A stretch of DNA of 64,000 bases from a virus. The stretch is taken from positions 1,020 through 65,019 of the IMG/VR virus record IMGVR_UViG_3300033489_000601. One strand, given 5' to 3'. The notes beneath the pieces were generated by a model. That model saw only the letters and a program-made list of their open reading frames with translations. It was not told where the DNA came from and did not search any database. Position numbers and translations under genes: made by a program. Of this stretch, positions 1 through 8,656 are shown piece after piece (within the stretch, counting starts at the first letter, position 1; each line of letters begins with the position of its first letter).

Positions 1-358
1 TCGCCCCGTCGAGCATGTCGTGGGCGTGCTCGGCGCGCTCATGCTCCGCGTCTCGCTCGGCGGTGAGGCGCTCGATCTCCCGCCCCCGTTGCTCGGCGAG
101 ATCGCAGAGCGCGGGGACGTCGGTGCGGGCGCGCGCAAAAAAAGTTGCGTCCTCGCGCGCCCGCACGCTGTCGGCGTCACTGATCTCACAGACGACGGCA
201 CTGGGGTCCGCGCTTTGCTGGATCTGCCACGAGATCGAGCCTCCTTCGTTGTCAAAACGGTGGACATCCATCGGCCCCGTCGTCGCCTTCGCCGCACGCT
301 CCCTCGCCCCCGCGATCAGCGCCGCGCCGACGAGCGTGCGGGTATCCTCGGCGCTCAT
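1..358 (-). CDS. Phage hypothetical protein, Ead/Ea22-like (runs off the window edge)
   Basis: Read by hand from ATG at 358, which overlaps the stop of the 355..1020 ORF (ATGA). Sequence MSAEDTRTLVGAAL...AAKATTGPM...EDATFFARARTDVPALCDLAE..EIERL resembles the common phage ATPGPW...FIAHARTDVPAL..EVERL family. Confidence 0.55.
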   Translation of the reverse strand, partial: MSAEDTRTLVGAALIAGARERAAKATTGPMDVHRFDNEGGSISWQIQQSADPSAVVCEISDADSVRAREDATFFARARTDVPALCDLAEQRGREIERLTAERDAEHERAEHAHDMLDGA

Positions 359-1020
359 GAGGCACTCTCCTTCTCAGCCTTCGCTACGGCGAAGCGATAG
401 CGCGTCAGCGCGACCAAGAGAGCTTCGACCACGCCCCCCTCCTCTTTCGGTTCCTGCTGCCATTTGATCGCCGCCTCGACGACGGGGCGCATGCGCTCGA
501 TCTCCGCGCGGGCCTCGGTGAGCCGCGCCGCCGCCTGCTCGAGCCGAGAACTCGCGTCCTTCGCGCCGGCCTCGAGCCGCTCGATCCGCGCCCCGTTGAA
601 CGCCTCGACGAACGCCGCGCGCTTCTCCTGCGGCATGAAGGCGAGGATGCCGGGGATGACGGGCGGATCGATGTCCTCTAGCTGCGCCATCTCCCGATCA
701 GCGCGCTTCGTCCCGCCGGAGCCTTCGCCAGCCCACGGAGGCAGCGGGTCGAGTTCGACGCCGAAGGCCTCGGGGGGTAGGTCAGCGCGGGCAGGCGAGC
801 TTGCCTCTCCGCGCATCATCAGCGCGCAGGCCACGGCGTCGTCGAGGTTGGGGCGCACGGGCTTTCCGTCGAGACTGATCGCGATCGGCTCGCCTGGGTT
901 CGCGGGGATCAAGATCGCTGTGTAGCCAGATCCTCCAGCGCGCTCCTGTGCGCAGATCGCGTCGTCGAGTCCCATGAGAGCGCGCCCGATGTGTTTGTGA
1001 AGGCCAGAATAGGCGTTCAT
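355..1020 (-). CDS. Hypothetical protein with C-terminal coiled coil
   Basis: 221-aa ORF with GC3-biased codons, overlapping neighbours at both ends (ATGA-type coupling). Confidence 0.7.
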   Translation of the reverse strand: MNAYSGLHKHIGRALMGLDDAICAQERAGGSGYTAILIPANPGEPIAISLDGKPVRPNLDDAVACALMMRGEASSPARADLPPEAFGVELDPLPPWAGEGSGGTKRADREMAQLEDIDPPVIPGILAFMPQEKRAAFVEAFNGARIERLEAGAKDASSRLEQAAARLTEARAEIERMRPVVEAAIKWQQEPKEEGGVVEALLVALTRYRFAVAKAEKESAS

Positions 1021-1349
1021 GACTCCTTCACCCCCGTGTGCGCGACGTCGCTCGTCGAGACCTCGAGCCAGGAGTGCAGCCCGTTCAGCGTCTTCGCGAT
1101 GGCCGCGCCGAGCGCCTCCTCGTTCTCGGCAGGCGGCGAGCAGATGATGAGCTTCACTCCACGCGGGGTGGCCTTCAGCACAACGTGAGCCCCCTGAACG
1201 CCGTTCGCCTCCATGGCGTGCTTCGCGAGGCGCCGAGCGGCTTTGCCCGACTCGCGCGCCTCCGCGAGGAGCAGATCAAGGTTCGAGAGCCCGGCGCGCA
1301 GCGCGGCGTTCTCTTCTTCGAGGGCCTTTACCCTCTCGGCGCCGCTCAC
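1017..1349 (-). CDS. Hypothetical protein
   Basis: 3' part of ORF 1017..1721. GTG at 1349 follows GAGGG; VSGAERVKALEEENAALRAG... is protein-like and its stop is coupled to the next ATG. Confidence 0.55.
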   Translation of the reverse strand: MSGAERVKALEEENAALRAGLSNLDLLLAEARESGKAARRLAKHAMEANGVQGAHVVLKATPRGVKLIICSPPAENEEALGAAIAKTLNGLHSWLEVSTSDVAHTGVKES

Positions 1350-1501
1350 AGCGCCCTCTGTCGACGCACGTGGCGCCGCTGCTTGCGCTCCGCGAGCGAG
1401 CGCCGGCACCGTCGTCCGACAGCCGCCGGAGCCTTCGCCCGCCGCATGTGCGCCCGGGGCGTCTCCACCCGCCCCGGCTCCGGCCCCGCCGCCGCGCCGG
1501 C

Positions 1502-2239
1502 TCACAGGGCACCCCCATCCTTCGGCAGCGGCGCGTCCTTTTTCGGGCGCCCCGGCCGCTTCTTCGCGGGCTTCTCCTCGACGCCGCTCGCACCCGCGAG
1601 CGCAGCCACGGCCTCCATGTCGACCGCGCCGTCGGCCATCGGCAGCACGGTCTGCAGGTCGGCCTCGGTCAGCTTTCGCGGGTCGCCCACGCTGCCGTCG
1701 GCGGCCCAGTCGAGCGGCCACTCCTCGTGGGGATCGCAGCGCACGGTGATGGCGAGCCCGGAGGCGAAGCGCAGCACCTCGCGGCAGGGGACGTCGGCGT
1801 ACTCCGTATCGTTCTTCGAGGCGCGCGCGGCGTTCATCCGACGCTCGTGGATGGCCTTCAGCCGCTCCTTCGCGGCGCTGATGGTGTCCTCGAGCCCCGC
1901 TTCCTCGCGCGAGAGCTCGGCGTCGAGCTCGTTGATCTGCGCGCGCCTGGCGGGCGTGACGCGCCGCAGGAGCCGGCGGTCGGCGGCGTCGCGGCTCTCC
2001 TCGTCCTTCTCAGCCGGGCCGCTGACCGCGGCCCACAGGTCGAAGCCGCTTGTCGATCCCTCGGCGGTGAACGTCGCGCGCCCCTGCTCCACCAGCGCCT
2101 TCAGCGCCTCATCAAGCTCCTCGACGGGCACGATCCCCGAGAGCGCGTTCATCAGGTCCGTGCGCGTCGCCCCCGTTTCGAGCACCGCATGAACCGCATC
2201 CAGCCGCTCGTCCCCGCTCATTCGATCCCACTTCTTCAT
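1502..2239 (-). CDS. Hypothetical protein, coiled coil with C-terminal AT-hook-like KKRPGRPKK
   Basis: GAGGAGG Shine-Dalgarno about 7 nt upstream of ATG 2239; GC3 bias; GRP AT-hook core near the C-terminus. Confidence 0.75.
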   Translation of the reverse strand: MKKWDRMSGDERLDAVHAVLETGATRTDLMNALSGIVPVEELDEALKALVEQGRATFTAEGSTSGFDLWAAVSGPAEKDEESRDAADRRLLRRVTPARRAQINELDAELSREEAGLEDTISAAKERLKAIHERRMNAARASKNDTEYADVPCREVLRFASGLAITVRCDPHEEWPLDWAADGSVGDPRKLTEADLQTVLPMADGAVDMEAVAALAGASGVEEKPAKKRPGRPKKDAPLPKDGGAL

Positions 2240-2287
2240 GATCATTCCTCCTCGAAGCAACTCGCTTGTGTTGTAGATGCAGGCGTG

Positions 2288-2305
2288 TTACACCCGCGTC
2301 TGTGA
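2288..2305. promoter_or_regulatory. Operator palindrome copy (1 mismatch) TTACACCCGCGTCTGTGA
   Basis: Matches YTACANNCGCGNNTGTAR; lies upstream of the 2239 gene. Confidence 0.6.
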
Positions 2306-2323
2306 AAGCAAACAACTCGATCG

Positions 2324-2554
2324 TTAGTTCCAGCCGCCAGCGGACACCCCGAGCCTGCGAGACATCTTCCCGATGCTCGCCACCGTGGGTGATGCGCGGC
2401 GGTGCGCCCACGCGCTGACTGACTGCCGGGAGACGCCGAGCAGCCGCGCCAGCCCCGCGTATCCGCCGCGGGTGATGCGAGCGAGGCGCTGGAGCGTTGT
2501 CGGCCCGTCGTTCGCTTGTCGTGTACGCCTCGCGGCGCGTGCTGCGGTCACCAT
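2324..2554 (-). CDS. Cro-like XRE-family HTH protein
   Basis: GYAGLARLLGVSRQSVSAWAHRRASPT is a canonical XRE HTH. It is the first gene downstream of the leftward promoter. Confidence 0.8.
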   Translation of the reverse strand: MVTAARAARRTRQANDGPTTLQRLARITRGGYAGLARLLGVSRQSVSAWAHRRASPTVASIGKMSRRLGVSAGGWN

Positions 2555-2560
2555 GTTCGA

Positions 2561-2591
2561 TGGTCTACAGCCGCGGCTGTAAGTGCGTCAA
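2561..2591 (-). promoter_or_regulatory. Leftward sigma70-like promoter with operator CTACAGCCGCGGCTGTAA (2565-2582) in the spacer
   Basis: Minus strand reads TTGACG-N18-TAGACC, with the near-perfect palindrome filling the spacer. Confidence 0.75.
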
Positions 2592-2662
2592 TGACTCTTT
2601 ACGCCTGCGCGTCAAGCGGCGCGTGGGATACGCTTGTTTTCAGGGCACATACGAGGAGACTC

Positions 2663-3094
2663 ATGGTCACGAAAAAAGAGACAAGGGACGCGTTTAACGT
2701 CGGACGTCGGCTCGGTGAGAGCGAGCATCGCGTGATGCTCTCTGTGCTCGAGCGGTACGTGCTCGTGACGCACCAGGGGAACGAGAGCAGCGCCGCGCGG
2801 GCGCTCAAGATCACGATGCAGGTCATCAACCGCTCGCGGCATCAGCGCCGGATCGGCCTCGGTTTGGCGCAGGCGCTCGCTCGTGAGATGGGGACGACCA
2901 TCGAGAAACTCGTCGCGGCGGCTCACGATGAATGGCCGAACCGGACGCTGGCGATCCCGCTCGCGAAAGAACACGGCGTGAGCGAGGATGCTGTGATGCG
3001 TGTAATGGCGCTTCCGTACAACCGCGCGCCCGACGTCTCGCGCGTGACGTGGGTGCTGAAGATGGTCGACGCCGAGCGGTTGAAAAAGGCTTAG
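2663..3094 (+). CDS. Putative CI-like repressor (HTH)
   Basis: GAGGAG SD then ATG 2663; HTH-like NESSAARALKITMQVINR...IGLGLAQALAREMGTTIEKL; sits between two outward-facing operator-bearing promoters and is divergent from the cro-like gene. Confidence 0.7.
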   Translation: MVTKKETRDAFNVGRRLGESEHRVMLSVLERYVLVTHQGNESSAARALKITMQVINRSRHQRRIGLGLAQALAREMGTTIEKLVAAAHDEWPNRTLAIPLAKEHGVSEDAVMRVMALPYNRAPDVSRVTWVLKMVDAERLKKA

Positions 3095-3140
3095 AACGTA
3101 GCTGTTCTGAGAATCTTCGCGCGCCGAGCGTAAAGACCTC

Positions 3141-3170
3141 TTGACGCTTCTACATCCGCGGGTGTAGAGC
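3141..3170 (+). promoter_or_regulatory. Rightward sigma70-like promoter with operator CTACATCCGCGGGTGTAG (3150-3167)
   Basis: TTGACG-N18-TAGAGC followed by GGAGGT-ATG; same architecture as the leftward promoter. Confidence 0.75.
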
Positions 3171-3179
3171 GTTGGAGGT

Positions 3180-3287
3180 ATGAAGCATGGTGATTCGCTC
3201 GACCACACGGCGCAGGCTGACCCGCTGTTCTCCTGCCGATTCTGCGACCATGACGCGCTCGCCGGCAACGGCCGGAGGTGGGCGTGA
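3180..3287 (+). CDS. Small hypothetical protein (35 aa, CxxC)
   Basis: GGAGGT SD directly before ATG; MKHGDSLDHTAQADPLFSCRFCDHDALAGNGRRWA; first ORF after the promoter. Confidence 0.45.
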   Translation: MKHGDSLDHTAQADPLFSCRFCDHDALAGNGRRWA

Positions 3288-3700
3288 GCGGCGCGGTCTG
3301 GGCTGTGGCCGTGGCGCTCCTCGCGGGCGCGATCCTTCAGGTCTGCGAGGTCAGCGCGGGCAACGGGCGCGTCGTCGACTGGCGCACGATTCGGAGCGGG
3401 GAAATCCTTGTCGAGGGCGCCGATGCCTTCGACGTGGCCTATCTCTTCGTCGGTCTCATTGGCGAGGAGGCGGCGCTCGCCCTGCTCGGCGACGACGCGG
3501 TGAAGCCCCCCGCGCCTCCGGCAGAACCGATCCGTGTCCACGCCTTCATGACACAGGCGAACGGGGGGCGACGTCGCACCTTCGACGTGGGCCCCTTCCG
3601 AGTGACCGTCGACCCCTGCGAGGACGACGCCGGACAGGCGGCGTTCACTGAGCGCCTCGCGATTCTGGCTCATCGCGAGATGAACGGCGGTGCCTCGTGA
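3278..3700 (+). CDS. Hypothetical protein with hydrophobic N-terminus
   Basis: 140-aa ORF, GC3 bias, coupled to the next ORF by GTGA. Confidence 0.6.
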   Translation: MGVSGAVWAVAVALLAGAILQVCEVSAGNGRVVDWRTIRSGEILVEGADAFDVAYLFVGLIGEEAALALLGDDAVKPPAPPAEPIRVHAFMTQANGGRRRTFDVGPFRVTVDPCEDDAGQAAFTERLAILAHREMNGGAS

Positions 3701-3790
3701 GCGCCCCCTCGTTCCTCATCGCTGGAAAGGGGCCCGCGCCGACGATGGCCGCGGTCTCACCGCCCGCCGTCGGCTTCCGCGCGTCTACAG

Positions 3791-3808
3791 CTACACCCGC
3801 GCCTGTAG
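3791..3808. promoter_or_regulatory. Operator palindrome copy CTACACCCGCGCCTGTAG
   Basis: Exact consensus match. Confidence 0.7.
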
Positions 3809-3820
3809 ACGAGGCCGTCC

Positions 3821-4033
3821 GTGGCTGACGGCGCGCCTATCCATGACGTCGAGCGCATGGGCTTCGACGACCACGTGCGGGCGCTGGCTCCGCTCCGGCG
3901 CTGCGCCTCCTGCGGGCGGCGCAAGGCCCGCGCGAGCGATGGGTTCTGCGGCGGGTGCGGCGCGAAGCCGAGCGCGGCGGCGTACGAGACGTACCAAACG
4001 TATTCGTGGAGCGAGAGGAGCAAGGGGTCGTGA
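3821..4033 (+). CDS. Zinc-ribbon protein
   Basis: CASC...CGGC (two CxxC); stop overlaps the GTG of the next gene. Confidence 0.6.
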   Translation: MADGAPIHDVERMGFDDHVRALAPLRRCASCGRRKARASDGFCGGCGAKPSAAAYETYQTYSWSERSKGS

Positions 4034-4965
4034 ACCTCTCGCTCTTCGGCCCGCCTCCGCTCGTAGCCGTCGAGCCCCGCCGCCTTCCGCTGCTGTCGAC
4101 GACGGCTGCGGCGAAGTACCGGCGCTGCCCTCGGCTGTACTTCTTCGAGCAGGTGCTGCGCGTCCGCCCGCGGTACATCCCCGCGCCGCTGCGCTTCGGT
4201 CTCACCATGCACGCGGGGCTCGAGGCGTGGATGCGCGGCGGGTGCGACCTGGAGGCAGCGCTGAATGCCATCGAGAGCGCCGAGGCTGACCCCTTCGAGC
4301 GCGCGCGCGCCCACGCGCTGATGATGGGGTATCACGTGCGGTGGAAGGCCTCGCCGCTGAAGGTGCTCCACGTCGAGGTGCGCGCGGACGGCCCGCTTAT
4401 GAATCCGGCGACAGGGGCCCCCTCGACGACGCGGGGCTTCACGTGTCGGCTCGACGGCGTGGTCGAGTACGAAGGGCGCCCGTGGATCATCGAACACAAG
4501 ACTACGAGCAGCGACCTCGACGATCACCTGTATTGGTCCGCGGTGCGCCTGTCCGCGCAGGTGGGCGATTACCTCGAGGGCGCAAAGGCGCTCGGCATCG
4601 AGCCCGCGGGCGTGATTTACGACGTGCTGCACACGCCGGGGCATCGCCCCCTCGTGCAGAACAGGAAGAACGAACGCAACGAGATGCCCGACGAATTCGA
4701 GGCGCGCGTCTGCAAGGACATCGCGAAGGCCCCCGGCGAGTACTACGTGCGGCGGCACGAGGTGCGGCTCGTCGACGAGCTGCGTGAGGCCGCGGCGGAC
4801 CTGTGGGCGACGCACAAGGATATCCAGCGCGCCGAGCGATCGGGCGTGTGGCCGCGCAACACGGGGGCATGCCGCGTGGGGCGGCACCTCTGCGCGTTCG
4901 TGCCGGTGTGCACGGGGACGAGCACGCTCGACAACAAAGCTCTGTATGAGAGAAGAGAGGCATAG
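4030..4965 (+). CDS. PD-(D/E)XK exonuclease, AddB/Cas4-like with split Fe-S Cys motif
   Basis: N-terminal YRRCPRLY, FGLTMHAGLE, RLDGVV...IIEHKTT catalytic motif, C-terminal C-x6-C-x5-C. Confidence 0.85.
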   Translation: MNLSLFGPPPLVAVEPRRLPLLSTTAAAKYRRCPRLYFFEQVLRVRPRYIPAPLRFGLTMHAGLEAWMRGGCDLEAALNAIESAEADPFERARAHALMMGYHVRWKASPLKVLHVEVRADGPLMNPATGAPSTTRGFTCRLDGVVEYEGRPWIIEHKTTSSDLDDHLYWSAVRLSAQVGDYLEGAKALGIEPAGVIYDVLHTPGHRPLVQNRKNERNEMPDEFEARVCKDIAKAPGEYYVRRHEVRLVDELREAAADLWATHKDIQRAERSGVWPRNTGACRVGRHLCAFVPVCTGTSTLDNKALYERREA

Positions 4966-4966
4966 A

Positions 4967-6019
4967 ATGGCGATCAAGGTATCGAAGAAGGAAAAGCTCA
5001 AAGCCGCGAAGCGGGGGCTGATCTACGGCGATTTTAAGCTCGGCAAGACGACCCTCGCGTGCGGAGCGCCGGATCCTGTTGTCCTCAGCGGCGAGGGCGG
5101 CGAGGGCGAGATCGAATGCACCCGCATCGTGTTCGAGGACGTCGTGCGCGCCGGCCGTACGATCGAGCGGCATATCCCACGGGCGTGGGCCGAGGTGGTG
5201 GAGAAGATCAACGAGATCCGGCGCGACGGACTCCCTGGTCAAACGCTCATTCTCGACGGGTTCGGCTCGATCGAGAAACTCTGCGCGTCCAGCATCGTTG
5301 GCGTGGAGAAAGACGAGAAGGGACGCCTGCTCCCGTCACTGAACTGGAACTACGGGATGGGCGACGAGATTCTGCTGAATCGAATGCGGGAATTCGTCGC
5401 CTCGCTCGAGGCGATTTGGAACGAGCAGCGCGTGAACATCATCCTGGTTTGCCACGAACGGATGACGAAGGGCGGCGACGAGCGCGGCGATTACAAATAC
5501 ATGGGCCCCGCGCTGAACGCGACGAGCAAGGGCAATGTCGCCGGTTTTATCGCTGGGTGGGTTGATTGGATTGGCTACCTCCAGATGGAGGAGACCGACG
5601 TCAAGATCGGGGAGACCGCGAACGGCGCCGTGATGAAGCGAAAGCCGACGGGCCGACGACTTTTTCACGTTCGGCCGAGCGACGCGTTCGTTGCTGGCTT
5701 CCGCGGCGAAGGCCCGGATGCGACTATTGTGCTCCCGCCGACGGCTCCAACCATTGCGCATCCCATGGCGAACCCGGCGAGCCCCTGGCGCGCGTTCTGG
5801 TCGCAGGTCGAGGCTGGGCCGCTCGACGCCGAGCGCGTCGCGGCGGATTTCAGGGCCGCGGTCCCCGCGCGGGTGGCTGAGGTGAAGAAGACCGACGTCG
5901 AGCGGTCGAAGGGTATCGAGGCGTGGGCGTCGAAGCCCGACCTCAGCACGCGGGCGATGTGGCTGTGGCTCCAGGAGCAGCCTGCGAAGAAGACCGCGGC
6001 GCCCGCCGTCGCGGCGTAA
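4967..6019 (+). CDS. AAA_24 / Sak4-like ATPase (ssDNA-annealing recombinase)
   Basis: Walker A LIYGDFKLGKTT, Walker B TLILDG, IILVCHE, GWVDWIGYL; lies between an exonuclease and an SSB. Confidence 0.85.
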   Translation: MAIKVSKKEKLKAAKRGLIYGDFKLGKTTLACGAPDPVVLSGEGGEGEIECTRIVFEDVVRAGRTIERHIPRAWAEVVEKINEIRRDGLPGQTLILDGFGSIEKLCASSIVGVEKDEKGRLLPSLNWNYGMGDEILLNRMREFVASLEAIWNEQRVNIILVCHERMTKGGDERGDYKYMGPALNATSKGNVAGFIAGWVDWIGYLQMEETDVKIGETANGAVMKRKPTGRRLFHVRPSDAFVAGFRGEGPDATIVLPPTAPTIAHPMANPASPWRAFWSQVEAGPLDAERVAADFRAAVPARVAEVKKTDVERSKGIEAWASKPDLSTRAMWLWLQEQPAKKTAAPAVAA

Positions 6020-6069
6020 ACAAGACTCATTCGAACGAATACGAGACGAACAGAAAGAAGGATACGACG

Positions 6070-6510
6070 ATGGGCATTCAGGCTGGCTACTACAAGGCGC
6101 GCGCGGTCCCGGCGAGCTTCACGAGGGGCAATTCGAAGCAGAAGGGGACGCCGTTCTACGCGTTCCACATGGTGACCGAGGCGGGCGACGGATATGTGGG
6201 CGGCGAAGAGATCCTGTGCACGATCTACGTCACGCCGCTGACGGCTGAGCGCGCGAAGAAGAGCCTCGAGATCGCCGGCTGGAAGGGTGGCGCGCTCCCC
6301 GGCACGCTCGGCTCGACGGTGTGCGAGGTCGAGGTGAAGGACGATGGCAAGTACGGGATGAAGTGCGAGATCGTCGACCCGAACCGCCTCCCGCCGGCCA
6401 TTGACGCGAGCGCGGTCCCCGACTTCGACGCGCAGATGTTCGCGCTGATGGGTGCGAACCCGCCGCCCGCTGGTGGTGGCTCCGGCATCGACGGCGAAAT
6501 CCCGTTCTGA
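6070..6510 (+). CDS. Phage single-stranded DNA-binding protein (DUF669-like)
   Basis: GYYKARAV...GNSKQKGTP N-terminus and acidic C-terminal tail DGEIPF; usual position after Sak4. Confidence 0.75.
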   Translation: MGIQAGYYKARAVPASFTRGNSKQKGTPFYAFHMVTEAGDGYVGGEEILCTIYVTPLTAERAKKSLEIAGWKGGALPGTLGSTVCEVEVKDDGKYGMKCEIVDPNRLPPAIDASAVPDFDAQMFALMGANPPPAGGGSGIDGEIPF

Positions 6511-6520
6511 TCGTCGCCGC

Positions 6521-6570
6521 CCGCGAGCTCGGCCCGGACCTCTGCGGAAAACCGCGGGGCCGGGCTCGCG
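6521..6570 (+). other. Leader hairpin with CTGCGG-AAAA-CCGCGG apex before an AGGAGG SD
   Basis: CGCGAGCTCGGCCC pairs with GGGCCGGGCTCGCG; member of a repeated hairpin family (see findings). Confidence 0.55.
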
Positions 6571-6586
6571 ACGTCAGGAGGTTACG

Positions 6587-6895
6587 ATGTACGCTTCAAA
6601 GGCTCTGTTTGGTGGTCAGGCGGCGACGGCAGGTCGGACTGTTGTGGTAAATTTTGGCTTCGGTCCCCGCGCGGGGATCATTATGGAGGTGTCGGTCGAC
6701 GACACCCCGGAGATCCATGTGTTCGGGCGATCGCCGCTCGAGCGCCCGCTGACGTTCGTCGGCCTTGGCGACCCAGCGTCGGCCGACTCGATGCCGATCG
6801 ATACGTGGGGGTGGCCCCCGATCGTCCGACGCGAGGCGCCCGTGTTGCGCGAGGGACATAAGGCCGACGGGTCGCCGAACGGGCGCTTCGCATAA
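6587..6895 (+). CDS. Hypothetical protein
   Basis: AGGAGGT SD, ATG 6587, 102 aa. Confidence 0.7.
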   Translation: MYASKALFGGQAATAGRTVVVNFGFGPRAGIIMEVSVDDTPEIHVFGRSPLERPLTFVGLGDPASADSMPIDTWGWPPIVRREAPVLREGHKADGSPNGRFA

Positions 6896-7148
6896 TCGAT
6901 CCCGCAGTCGAACCACGCCCCGTGCGCCCCGGAAAACCTGGGCTGCGGGGCTCGACGCGTTGAAGGCATAGGAGTCCTGTCAGGAGGAGGATGCGCTATG
7001 GCCCGCGCGCGAAAGCGCTAACGGGGCTGCACAGAGGAGAACAGACAGCCCGTCGATCGGCCCCGCGTGGCGCGGTTTCATCGACGGGCGCGCCAGCCTC
7101 GGACGCTGCGGACAACCGCGGATCCGGGGCTTCGGCGCGTAGGAGGAT

Positions 7149-7511
7149 GTGATGGGAATTGACTACAGCACGGGGGCGATGTTCGGGGCGTTCGCGAAGA
7201 AGGGTACGGAGGCTGAGGAGAAACTGGCGCAGATGGTTGTCGACTCGCTGGAGGCCGACGGCGATAGCGCGGTCGCGCTTCCTAACGGCGCCGTTGTTTG
7301 TCGCACAGGCAACGCGTGGAGCGGCGAGTACTTCTACTCAATCAGGGTTGGCGCGTCCCATAGCTTCACCTCGCGCGGAGGCGGATACTCGGGGCCGTTT
7401 TCGCCGCCTGAAGATGGCGCCTCGAAGATCAACGACGCGATCGCAGTGCTCGGCTTGAGCCCAGCCGAGTTTACGGGCGTTGGCCATTATTTGACGCTCG
7501 ACGTGTTCTGA
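7149..7511 (+). CDS. Hypothetical protein
   Basis: AGGAGG SD at 7141-7146; 120 aa, globular composition. Confidence 0.7.
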   Translation: MMGIDYSTGAMFGAFAKKGTEAEEKLAQMVVDSLEADGDSAVALPNGAVVCRTGNAWSGEYFYSIRVGASHSFTSRGGGYSGPFSPPEDGASKINDAIAVLGLSPAEFTGVGHYLTLDVF

Positions 7512-7703
7512 GCCGCGGTCACCACCGCCGTCGCCCCCGTGGAGGTCATACTCCTGGGGGCTTCGGCGCGTGAGAGCACGGCGCATAGTGCGCACGGCCT
7601 CGGGTGATTTGCAGTCAGCGAAGGGGAACGGAAAGCATGCCCTAGCCCGCTCTATTCAGCTCAGCAGCGCGCCGCAGCATGCCCATGCGGGCGGCGCGCG
7701 TTT

Positions 7704-7776
7704 GGCCTTCAAGCTCAGGTCGAGCCCCGCGCAGACGTGCGTGGACGGTGCGGGTTCGATTCCCGCGAGGGTCACC
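7704..7776 (+). ncRNA. tRNA-like element / pseudo-tRNA with aberrant anticodon loop (Val-GAC-like)
   Basis: Acceptor GGCCTTC/GAGGGTC plus A73 and CC; D arm GCTC-AGGTC-GAGC; canonical T arm GCGGG-TTCGATT-CCCGC; 5-nt variable loop; anticodon loop is 8 nt (CAGACGTG) and lacks U33. Confidence 0.6.
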
Positions 7777-7798
7777 GGGTAACAACCGAGGAGAACAC

Positions 7799-8656
7799 AT
7801 GGGCCAAAACAGCTTAATCTCGTGGACGAACCACACATTCAACGGGCTCCGGGGCTGCGCAAAGATCAGCGCTGGGTGCCATAACTGCTACGCCGAATCG
7901 ATGAGTCGCCGCAACCCGGCGCTGCTCGGCGTGTGGGGCGAGGAGGGGACGCGGGTGCTCGCCTCGGAGAATATGTGGCGCGAGCCGCTGCGCTGGAACC
8001 GAGACGCCGAGAAGGCCGGTGTCCGTGCGCGCGTGTTTGCGTATTCGCTCGGCGACGTCTTCGAGGTGCCGACGAAGCCGGAGAACCTCGCGGTGTGTAC
8101 CGCGGCACGAGCGCGGCTCTTCCCCCTCATCGAGTCGACGCCGTGGCTCGACTGGTTGCTCCTGACGAAGCGCGCGGAGAAGATCATGGACCTCGTGCCG
8201 ATGGCGTGGCGCGAGCGCTTCCCGGCGAACGTGTGGATGGGCACGAGCGTGGAGGATCAAGCCGCGGCCGACGAGCGGATCCCGCACCTGCTCCGCGTGC
8301 CTGCGCGCGTGCGCTTCTTGAGCATGGAGCCGCTGCTCGGACCCGTGGCCATCCAGCAATGGTCGAAGGGCTGTCTCGACGAGGACGAGCGAGGTATGCG
8401 CGGCGTCCGCGGGCCCGATTGGGTGATCGTCGGCGGCGAGAGCGGCGGGCACGCGCGCTCGATGCATCTCGAGTGGGCGCGGTCGCTGCGTGCGCAGTGC
8501 CTTGCGGCGAGCACCCCGTTCTTCTTCAAACAGGCTGGCGCGCGGCCCGTTGATCACGCAAGGCTCGTTCGTCTGCGCGATAAGAAGGGCGGCGACCTCG
8601 GCGAGCTCCCGGCCGACCTGCGCGTGCAGGAGTTCCCCCAGCCGAGGACGACGTGA
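7799..8656 (+). CDS. DUF5131 (phage Gp37/Gp68) radical-SAM-like protein
   Basis: ISWTNHTFN..GCAKISAGCHNCYAE (CX6CX2C), WLLLTKR, NVWMGTSVEDQ, RFLSMEPLLG, DWVIVGGESG, FFFKQ. Confidence 0.92.
   Translation: MGQNSLISWTNHTFNGLRGCAKISAGCHNCYAESMSRRNPALLGVWGEEGTRVLASENMWREPLRWNRDAEKAGVRARVFAYSLGDVFEVPTKPENLAVCTAARARLFPLIESTPWLDWLLLTKRAEKIMDLVPMAWRERFPANVWMGTSVEDQAAADERIPHLLRVPARVRFLSMEPLLGPVAIQQWSKGCLDEDERGMRGVRGPDWVIVGGESGGHARSMHLEWARSLRAQCLAASTPFFFKQAGARPVDHARLVRLRDKKGGDLGELPADLRVQEFPQPRTT

Noticed and set aside
4030-4965. Cas4 of a CRISPR system
   Set aside because: The exonuclease-Sak4-SSB context marks it as a phage recombination nuclease; no cas1/cas2 is present.
2612-5001. Long minus-strand ORFs 2612..3673 and 3757..5001
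   Set aside because: They overlap well-supported plus-strand genes with SDs and known motifs, and show no motif of their own.
7612-7780. tmRNA
   Set aside because: The T arm resembles the tmRNA 3' end, but the matching acceptor 5' strand is only 70 nt upstream, leaving no room for a tag ORF or pseudoknots.
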